Assembly: GCA_035276475.1 (NCBI GenBank)
Contig: DATELQ010000052.1
Span: 67-64,066, forward strand
Length of the DNA stretch: 64,000 nucleotides
Source: Thermoanaerobaculia bacterium
GTDB lineage: Bacteria; Acidobacteriota; Thermoanaerobaculia; Gp7-AA8
Reading direction: 5' to 3'
Position 1 is the stretch's first letter, and each line of letters opens with the position of its first letter. The notes beneath the pieces are model-generated. The model made no database searches. It saw only the letters and a list, made by a program, of their open reading frames with translations, and was not told the DNA's origin. Positions 1 through 7,002 of the stretch are shown one piece after another. The position numbers and the translations under genes were made by a program.

Positions 1-28
1 GCGGTGCCATAGATAAAGGTAGGAACGC

Positions 29-616
29 TCAACCTCCGAAATCTTGGGCGTTCAGGCGCAGCTCCGCGACAGGCCGAAGAACCTGCGTCAGCGCCTCTTC
101 TCCGTTGATCGCGTCGCGATCGTTCCATACCGTTCGCATCAGCGCAACGTTGTCGCGTAACGGCCGCACAGGAAACAACAGATCGTCGTCGGCGCGGTGA
201 AGCCAGATCGCCAAGAGCGAGAGACTCGGCGCGCGCAGAAGACGAAGCTCGAACGGCGTATCGGCGACCTCAGGGAGCACCTCGGCGGCGGCAATCGTTT
301 CGGCGATTGCCGTCGCATACGAGCGGGGATGTAAGGTCGCGTACGAGAGATCTTCCTTCCCGTCGGCATCGCGAGCACAAATTTCGGCCATCGCCACAAC
401 CGATTCGCCGTCGACGATCAGAAACTCCCAGGCCGAGAGCAATGCAGCAGCGAGCGGACGGCCGTCGATGACATCGTTGAGCGCGAACGTGTACAACGGA
501 TACGGTTTGACGATCTCAAGATGCTTGTCGTTCCACTCCTCGCCGAGAAACATCGGCACGAACTCATTCACGAAGCCGAGCGCCTTGGGGGGCGCGTTAC
601 TCAAGGACAAAGTCAT
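29..616 (-). CDS. Hypothetical protein, partner of the adjacent papain-like protease
   Basis: 195-aa ORF whose start overlaps the protease stop by 20 nt. The C-terminal FELRLLRAPSLSLLAIWL resembles proteins I recall beside papain/AvrRpt2-like peptidases (recall, unverified). Confidence 0.7.
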   Translation of the reverse strand: MTLSLSNAPPKALGFVNEFVPMFLGEEWNDKHLEIVKPYPLYTFALNDVIDGRPLAAALLSAWEFLIVDGESVVAMAEICARDADGKEDLSYATLHPRSYATAIAETIAAAEVLPEVADTPFELRLLRAPSLSLLAIWLHRADDDLLFPVRPLRDNVALMRTVWNDRDAINGEEALTQVLRPVAELRLNAQDFGG

Positions 617-1211
617 TGATCGCCTCCGGTGCTTCTTTGTCGACGCGGGTTCCTGTCGTCCGATAGCTCACGTGCCAGAAACCGTCCTGTAGGTAATTCG
701 TCGTGAATAGCGTGATCGGCCAATGTTTGCGATCTCCGGTCTCTGGATCGCAAACCCATAGAAAATCCCCTCGCGGAGATTCAAGATATCCGCTCACGAC
801 GACGAAGTGCCCCGAGCCCATATGGCGGCGGTGAATGCGTACGGCAACCGGGTGTCCATCATCGATCTGGGCCTTGATGAACGCGACCGTCCGATGCGTA
901 GGGTCGTCGATCGCCGGTGCGACGAAGTGCGGTTCCAGCGCGTCCAGCGCCGGGGGGAGCTCGTGAGGGTCGTTGCAGCCGACGCCGTAGGGGCAGCACG
1001 TCAACGGCGCAAGCACCCGGCCGGCAACATCGCATTGCTGCGGGTTTCCCGTCGTACCGTATGCCTGCGCAATACCTAGACCGACGGCCGCCCAACACCA
1101 GTTCGTGCGTTTCTGTTGGGCGACCTGCACACGCAAGACCGTCGGTACGCCGTCAGGCACTATGGGCGCCAACGGCGTCCCGCCGCTTTGACTAATTGAG
1201 GGAAGACTCAT
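597..1211 (-). CDS. Papain-like cysteine protease (AvrRpt2/C39-like fold)
   Basis: QQKRTNWCWAA (oxyanion Gln, catalytic Cys), GHFVVVSGY (His), WVCDP (Asp). Start ATG at 1211 overlaps the upstream TGA (ATGA). Confidence 0.85.
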   Translation of the reverse strand: MSLPSISQSGGTPLAPIVPDGVPTVLRVQVAQQKRTNWCWAAVGLGIAQAYGTTGNPQQCDVAGRVLAPLTCCPYGVGCNDPHELPPALDALEPHFVAPAIDDPTHRTVAFIKAQIDDGHPVAVRIHRRHMGSGHFVVVSGYLESPRGDFLWVCDPETGDRKHWPITLFTTNYLQDGFWHVSYRTTGTRVDKEAPEAINDFVLE

Positions 1212-2128
1212 GTACCACCACCCGCCGGCTTTCCGCCGCCGTCGCCGCTGCCGGGACCGCAAGCTCCGCCGCTTCCGCCACCGCCCTGCTGTCCTTGCGA
1301 GGGCGGATTGATGGCCTGCGGGATCGGTCCAGTGACGCTCGGACCTGCGGTGCGATTCAGAAACTTGAAATGCTGCGAGCGCGGATCCGCTACGAGTTTC
1401 GTTTCCTCGCGAAAGACGGAGCCGGCCATGTCCTTTTCGATGTTGTTTCCAATGATGAGGGTGATTGTCGATGTGCCGGCCTGCGGCTTCAACGAAAACC
1501 GCAGGTCTCCGAGATCGATCTTCTCGTCTTCGAGATCCTTGCGCTTGAGGACAACCGCATCAGGAGCGTGATCGAATCCATCGTAGATGACTTCTTCCGC
1601 AAAGCACTTTTCCAAAACGCTTCCGTCACCCTTTTCGAAGCGCCACGGTACTTTGGATAAGCGTGAAGCGCCGAGGCGCCCACCGTCGAAACGCACCCAG
1701 GCTTTCACGACCGACTTCTTCGGCCGGCTGCCTTTCGGCGGAACGAGATCGTGGTCGAATCTGCCGATGGCTTCCGGCCAGTATTCGTCGCGATGGGCGA
1801 CCAGGTTGCGGTACGAATCGTCGACGATCGGTGCCTCAAGCGGCTCCTCGATCAGTGAGAGCTCCACGCCATCCAAGTCCATATAGACGAACGGCTCAGC
1901 CATGAGCACCGGTTTCAGCGCGGGAACATTAGTACCGGTGACCTCGACGGCGGTGGAGTCGAACGCGAGATAGGCGAAGTGGTGTTCCGGCGCCTCGTGC
2001 TCATGGTCGTGCTCATGGTCGTGCCCGGGCGTTTGCACGAGAATGACGCCCGGGTCTCCCATCTCTTTGTTCGTCCCGTCGGGATTGAGGATGGAGCAAA
2101 GACCCGTGAAAACGATTTCTGCTTGCAT
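1208..2128 (-). CDS. Hypothetical protein with N-terminal FTGLC motif, His-rich patch and Gly-rich Cys-containing tail
   Basis: 306 aa from ATG 2128, with SD AAGGAG just after the CHAT stop. Contains GHDHEHDHEHEAPEHH and ends GQQGGGGSGGACGPGSGDGGGKPAGGGT. Confidence 0.8.
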   Translation of the reverse strand: MQAEIVFTGLCSILNPDGTNKEMGDPGVILVQTPGHDHEHDHEHEAPEHHFAYLAFDSTAVEVTGTNVPALKPVLMAEPFVYMDLDGVELSLIEEPLEAPIVDDSYRNLVAHRDEYWPEAIGRFDHDLVPPKGSRPKKSVVKAWVRFDGGRLGASRLSKVPWRFEKGDGSVLEKCFAEEVIYDGFDHAPDAVVLKRKDLEDEKIDLGDLRFSLKPQAGTSTITLIIGNNIEKDMAGSVFREETKLVADPRSQHFKFLNRTAGPSVTGPIPQAINPPSQGQQGGGGSGGACGPGSGDGGGKPAGGGT

Positions 2129-2142
2129 GTACCCTCTCCTTT

Positions 2143-5100
2143 CTAAAGAGTTCCGACGAGCGTGACGCTGCCCCACACGGCGGGGCTGCGGCTGCGTGTG
2201 TCGTTGCTGTGCAGCATCGCGCGCTGCGCGTCGCGCAGTGCTTCCGAGGGGCGCGCGCCGCGGCGCAAATTCCGGTGGAACGACTCAAACAACTGCCGCG
2301 AGGCATCGTCGTCGATGTCCCACAATGTCGCGGTGACGCCGCGCGCGCCCGCCTGCAGGAACGCCGAGGCGAGGCTGTCGATCCCTTCGGTGCGCCGCAG
2401 TTTTCCGCGCGCCGTGCTACATGCGGCGAGGACCACCAACGGATGCGCGATGAGCTTGCTGCCGCTGATCTCCCGCGCGGTAAGCCGCACCGCCGCTGGC
2501 GCGGACTCGAAGATCAAGCTCGACGTCGCCGGCTCGTCGAGCTCGGCCGTGGCATGGCCACCAAAGTGTACAACGCCCGCATGCGCGGCGGACGTCAGAA
2601 AATCGGCTGGTGTCACGTCGTCGCCCACGAGGAGCTGACCACGAGGGTACAGACCGCGTATCTCACGCACTTCGCTCTCGACGCTTGGCAGCGGGTCGAA
2701 CCCTGTCGGCGCTGGCTCGGCGACTGCGACAAGCGTGTCGGCATTACCGCCTGGGACGGAACGGAGAAACACCGAGGCACTCGGCGCCGAGGCGACGATG
2801 CAATGATCGATGAGATAGGCTCCGTCGGCCGTGACCAGCGTCGCGAACGGAAACGACTGCAGCACGCCGTCACCGACGATTACCAGGTCGCGGTTGTCTT
2901 TGACCGGACCGAGCAAAGGGGCGAGGATTCGTTCGTAGAGCCACCGCCCGCTCCGCTGCACGGCGGCCGTATCGCCGCCGGCGATCGCGGCGAGATGTTT
3001 GCGGACAACCGCCTCGATCTCGTCCGGTGACGCGCCGCCGCGCGCATGTACAATGCGGCCCTCCCGGACGAGCCAGAACTCGATATTTTTTTCGAGCAGC
3101 GCGATCTCGAAGATCGCCGTCTGCCCGCGGACGGACGCTGCGATCTCGGATCCAGCGAGCGGTGCTGCCGCGATCCCACCGCCGTCCGCGATGCGGTCGA
3201 GTAGCAGTCGGCCGCGTTTCCGCTCGAGCACCGTCAACGCGTCTGCCGCTCGCTCCTCCCTCAGTAGGAGCTCGATCAGCCTGTCGAACAGATCACCAGA
3301 ACGCTCGAAGAACGCAACCCGCTTGATCGGATCCTCGATCATCGCGCGCTGTGTTTCCATCTCCGCGATGCCGGCGCGAAAGTCCCGTTCCGCCGCGGCC
3401 GCGTTGCCGCGCTGCAGTTCCGCCTGGCCGCGAGCCAGAAAGACCGGCGGCAAGTGAGCGTGCCAGTCGTATTGCTGCAGAACAGCGACTGCGGACGAGA
3501 AGCGAAGGATGGCTCGATCGGGATGCCGCCTCGCTTCGATTCGCCCGTCCGTATAGTCGATGTTCGCGAGGGTGAAGTCGCGCAGCCCGGCGTCCTCGAT
3601 CCGCATTGCGTGCGCACGAGCCGCGGCGATGTGCAACGAGGCACGCTCGACGTCGCCGATCTCCAGTAGACCGAGAGCCCGCCAGGACTCGCTTTCGGCG
3701 AGATAGAGCGGTAGACCGGTTTCGCGGGCGATGGCAGTCAGCGCGTCAACGAGAGCTAGCGCGAGATGTGGCCTATCGGCACGCAACGCCACGTACGCCG
3801 TGTCGAGATAGGACCAATACATCCGATCGGAAGCGGCATGAATAGCGTCATTGAGCCGCAGCGATTCGAGACGCGCCTCTTCTGCTTCGGTTCGGTCGTC
3901 AATGCTCTCGAGCGTCCAGGCAATCATCGTGGTGATCGCGGCAACGGCTTCGATCTCTCCTCCGCGTTTCGCTTCGGCGAGCGCGGTGCGGTAGTTGTCG
4001 AGGCTCTCCTGCAGGTGACCAGTGCGGCCGGCAATCATCGCGCGCACCCACCTGCTCTCGGCCGCCAGTGTCGGATACCGATTCCCTCCGGCCGCCAACC
4101 GCTCGGCGACCGACGTCAACCGGGCGAACGCCGCGTCGTTGCGGCCCGAAGTGAATTCGCCCTGTGCCGCGTAGACCGCCGCGCCGATCGCCAGCGGCGA
4201 GCCGGCGCGCGTCAGCAATTCGGATGCACTTCCGAAGAGTTCGGCGGCACGGTTCCAATCGGCCTTCTCCTCATAGACGCGCGCGTTGCAGAACTCGCGC
4301 AAACCCGGCGCCACCGCGTCGCGGTTCGCGACCGTGTGCTCAACGATGTCAAAGAGATATGGATCGCCGAGGCGGGCACGCGCGTTGGCGATGCCGCGCA
4401 TCAGTGCGAGGTCACCCGGGTCGCCTTTTTCCACCCAGCGTGGCAAGACGTAGTTCTGTGCGAAGCCCCGTGACCGCTGCGGGAACTCGGCCACGACTTT
4501 CGCGAATGTCGCGGCGTTGGCGTCCGGCTGCAGCAAGCGCTTCTCCTCTTTGTAAGTCGGATGGGGAGCTCGCAGTATGGCGAGGTGATGGCGCGCCTCG
4601 TCAGCCCAAGTGTTCTCCTCGTCGAGCGAGAGAACACGCTCCCACGCCTGAATCGCCGCCGGACGGATGGAAAGCTTCTCGAGTGCGAGTGCCCAGTTGA
4701 ATGCCGCGACCTCGTTCCCGGGGTCGAGCCGCAGTGCGCGGCCGGCCGTCTCCGCCGCCTCTGCGATTTGTCCCGCGGCGATCTCCGCGGCCGCAAGGTC
4801 GCTGAGGATGCTCGCATTCGTTGGCTGGAGGTGACCCGCCTCGATGAGGAGATCCCGCGCCGCGCGGATCTTGCCGTTCGAAAGCTCAGCAAGGGCGAAA
4901 CGGCGAATGTTCTCCGGCGTCTGTGCCTCCTCGAAGCGCCGCTTCAGCGCATCGAGATACTCGTGCCGCGCCGTGGGTGAGCCCCGCCATGGAAAGTCGA
5001 ACGCGTTCACGCGCGCTTCGATGCGCTTCGCCGCAACGGCGGCGGGCAAGCCAGTATCGGGTCGCCAACTGGCGGCGGTGATAACGGCGGCAATGACCGC

Positions 5101-5193
5101 GATCGGCCAGAGCCAGGTTCGCACGCTGGATGAATCCACGTTTTCGGTTGAAACTGGCGTCAAGGATACCCTGCTGATTGCTGACGTGGCCAT
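2143..5193 (-). CDS. TPR-CHAT domain protein (caspase-like protease) with N-terminal hydrophobic anchor
   Basis: 1016 aa with helical TPR-like repeats. CHAT motifs LVIVGDGVLQSFPF, VVHFGGHA (His), VVLAACSTARG (Cys), AFLQAGARGVTATLWDIDD and PAVWGS. TM-like WLWPIAVIAAVITAASW near the N-terminus. Confidence 0.92.
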   Translation of the reverse strand: MATSAISRVSLTPVSTENVDSSSVRTWLWPIAVIAAVITAASWRPDTGLPAAVAAKRIEARVNAFDFPWRGSPTARHEYLDALKRRFEEAQTPENIRRFALAELSNGKIRAARDLLIEAGHLQPTNASILSDLAAAEIAAGQIAEAAETAGRALRLDPGNEVAAFNWALALEKLSIRPAAIQAWERVLSLDEENTWADEARHHLAILRAPHPTYKEEKRLLQPDANAATFAKVVAEFPQRSRGFAQNYVLPRWVEKGDPGDLALMRGIANARARLGDPYLFDIVEHTVANRDAVAPGLREFCNARVYEEKADWNRAAELFGSASELLTRAGSPLAIGAAVYAAQGEFTSGRNDAAFARLTSVAERLAAGGNRYPTLAAESRWVRAMIAGRTGHLQESLDNYRTALAEAKRGGEIEAVAAITTMIAWTLESIDDRTEAEEARLESLRLNDAIHAASDRMYWSYLDTAYVALRADRPHLALALVDALTAIARETGLPLYLAESESWRALGLLEIGDVERASLHIAAARAHAMRIEDAGLRDFTLANIDYTDGRIEARRHPDRAILRFSSAVAVLQQYDWHAHLPPVFLARGQAELQRGNAAAAERDFRAGIAEMETQRAMIEDPIKRVAFFERSGDLFDRLIELLLREERAADALTVLERKRGRLLLDRIADGGGIAAAPLAGSEIAASVRGQTAIFEIALLEKNIEFWLVREGRIVHARGGASPDEIEAVVRKHLAAIAGGDTAAVQRSGRWLYERILAPLLGPVKDNRDLVIVGDGVLQSFPFATLVTADGAYLIDHCIVASAPSASVFLRSVPGGNADTLVAVAEPAPTGFDPLPSVESEVREIRGLYPRGQLLVGDDVTPADFLTSAAHAGVVHFGGHATAELDEPATSSLIFESAPAAVRLTAREISGSKLIAHPLVVLAACSTARGKLRRTEGIDSLASAFLQAGARGVTATLWDIDDDASRQLFESFHRNLRRGARPSEALRDAQRAMLHSNDTRSRSPAVWGSVTLVGTL

Positions 5194-5418
5194 TCACGAA
5201 TTGAGAGGAACGCAAACGGCAGATTCCCACTTGCACTACCACTGCGACGGGAGTGTGGGCGCCCTTGGTAGTAGGAATCGGACAAATGGCTGAAACGACG
5301 AATTGCGGACGGGAAGTGAAGCGCAGCGGCTTGGCCACGACGTCGACGCGCGCCCGGGAGCCGAAGCCCGCAGACGGGAAAGTCACAGACGAAGCGCAAA
5401 GAAGTAGCCGATGCGCGT

Positions 5419-6153
5419 TTAACGGCCGCGCCCGATCCGCGCGACCTCGTCCTCGGTCAACTCGAAGTCTTCGATCGCCAGCGCCTCCCGCATGTGCCTC
5501 CGCTTCGTCGTCCCCACCAGCGGCACGATCCCCGCCTGTCGCGCGAAGCGGAGCACGACCTGGGCTGGCGTGCGGCCGACGCGCGCAGCGATCCGCCGCA
5601 CCGCCGCGCTCTCCAGCACGCGCGGATTCGCGGAGATCAGCGAGAACCCCTGATACCCGATCCCGTGCGCGCGGCAGAAGGCGCGCACCTCGGCGTCCCA
5701 CCGCCGCGCGGCGAGGCAGCGGTTCTGGACGAACGCCGGTCTCGAGATCGCGCAGAGCGCTTCGAGCTGGCCGAGCGCCACGTTGCTCACGCCGAGAGAG
5801 CGGACCGGGAGCGATTTCATCTCGCGCCACGCGGCAACGTCAGGCGCGTGCAAGACGTAGGAATCGATCGCGTCGACTCGCAACCGCTCCAGCGACGTCG
5901 CGAACGACTCGGCTACAGTCATGCCGAGGTCTGGGCTGAACTTCGTTTGGAGGAAGAGATCGTCGCGGCGGACGACCCCATTGCGGATCGCGCCGGCGAC
6001 CGCCGCGCCCACCGCGGCCTCGTCGTAGCGAAAGTAGAGCGCGCTGTCGATCCCGCGGAAGCCGCGTTCGATGGCGAAGCGCGTCAGGCGCGCCGTGGCG
6101 CGGCCTTTTCCGGACGTGCCGTAAAAAAGAAGCGGCCCCGGGATCCTTTGCAT
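5419..6153 (-). CDS. Aldo/keto reductase
   Basis: FYGT, GFRGIDSALYF (Asp/Tyr), LFLQTKF (Lys), YVLHAP (His), LGVSN, RTPAQVVLRF. Start chosen at MQRIPG. Confidence 0.88.
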   Translation of the reverse strand: MQRIPGPLLFYGTSGKGRATARLTRFAIERGFRGIDSALYFRYDEAAVGAAVAGAIRNGVVRRDDLFLQTKFSPDLGMTVAESFATSLERLRVDAIDSYVLHAPDVAAWREMKSLPVRSLGVSNVALGQLEALCAISRPAFVQNRCLAARRWDAEVRAFCRAHGIGYQGFSLISANPRVLESAAVRRIAARVGRTPAQVVLRFARQAGIVPLVGTTKRRHMREALAIEDFELTEDEVARIGRGR

Positions 6154-6162
6154 CCCGGGGCC
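6124..6162 (-). other. Perfect 11-bp hairpin followed by a U-tract, covering the AKR start codon
   Basis: Minus strand reads GGCCCCGGGAT-gcaaagg-ATCCCGGGGCC-gcttctttttt; arms at 6134-6144 and 6152-6162. Confidence 0.5.
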
Positions 6163-6172
6163 ATTCTCAGCG

Positions 6173-6756
6173 CGTTGACAGCCGCAAAGGGGCATCCGCA
6201 CCAAATTTTCGCCTCGGTGATTCATCGCCTCACCGTTGCCCGTGCTCAGCGCGTTGGCATCTGCGATGTAGCATCCACGCCGAGCTCGTTGCGGCGATGA
6301 CCTATCGCGTCATCGCTGCCACGGCGCCGGCTCGTTGATATCTGCGACAGAGCATTCTTGCCGGCTCCGTTGCCCCGGTGAGTCATCGCCTCACCGTTGC
6401 CCGGCGTCCGCGCGTTGACATCTGCGATGCAGCATCCGCGCTGACTCCGTTGCCTCGGCGACCCATCGCGTCGCCGCTGCTACGGTCCCGGCACGTTGAC
6501 ATCTGCGACAGAGCATTCGTGCCGGCTCCGTTGCCCGTCGACTCATCGCGTCTCCGAGCCCGTTCCGTCGTGTTGGCAGCTACGATGAAGCATTCACGCC
6601 GGACCGGTTGCGTTGGCGGCCTATCGCGCCGCCGCTGCCCGGCTCCATCACGTTGACATCCGCGTAGGGCATTCGTGCGGGAGCCGGTTGCCTTGCGATT
6701 CATCGCCCCGCAAAGCGCCTTCGATCCGTTGACATCTGCGATGTAGCATCCGAACC
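6173..6756. repeat. Non-coding degenerate tandem array, 8 units of 76-81 bp
   Basis: CGTTGACATCTGCGAnnnAGCAT-type core at 6173, 6252, 6333, 6413, 6494, 6571, 6651 and 6727, with further shared boxes CGTTGC, CATCGC and CGYTGC. Confidence 0.9.
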
Positions 6757-6964
6757 GAAGTGGCAGCATGATGGGTCCGAAATGCCGCGTATGCAAGCAC
6801 TTTCGCTGTTACAAACAGGTCGTTTTCCGAAACCCATCCGCAACCCGTATGCACAGCGTTTTGTGCTAGTTACGCGAATCGCCAGTTTCTTCAACGACAT
6901 CGGCTGAGCGCGCGCTGCGGACGCGCTGGCGATCACAACGAAGTCGCCTCTCCCGTCTTCGTAT

Positions 6965-6995
6965 TGAATTCCGTCCAAGCGTCGGTCGAAGGAGG
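6965..6995 (+). promoter_or_regulatory. Conserved leader/RBS shared with the second cytochrome paralogue
   Basis: TGAATTCCGTC and TCGGTCGAAGGAGG blocks are identical to those at 12534-12563. Confidence 0.7.
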
Positions 6996-7002
6996 TCCGC
7001 TC

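Noticed and set aside
1-28. Possible fifth gene of the protease operon starting at minus-strand ATG 10
   Set aside because: Only 10 nt are visible and there is no SD. The same bases also read as a plus-strand stop (GCG GTG CCA TAG), so it cannot be decided.
987-999. GTAGGGGCAGCAC as a third GTAG REP copy
   Set aside because: It lacks the second palindrome arm and lies in protease codons; probably chance.
1208-2128. Calling the unknown protein a bacterial gasdermin
   Set aside because: Size and CHAT adjacency fit, but I cannot recognise gasdermin sequence features. A structure search is needed.
6413-6440. TTGACA...TAGCAT-like motifs in array units as tandem sigma-70 promoters
   Set aside because: The spacing between the -35-like and -10-like hexamers is only 9 nt, not about 17.
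6173-6756. CRISPR array
   Set aside because: The repeats are degenerate, the intervening segments are homologous to each other rather than unique spacers, and no cas genes are in the window.
6378-6854. ORFs 6378-6656, 6383-6796 and 6648-6854 as real proteins
   Set aside because: They lie over a repeat whose unit lengths are mostly not multiples of 3, and show no coding-like composition.
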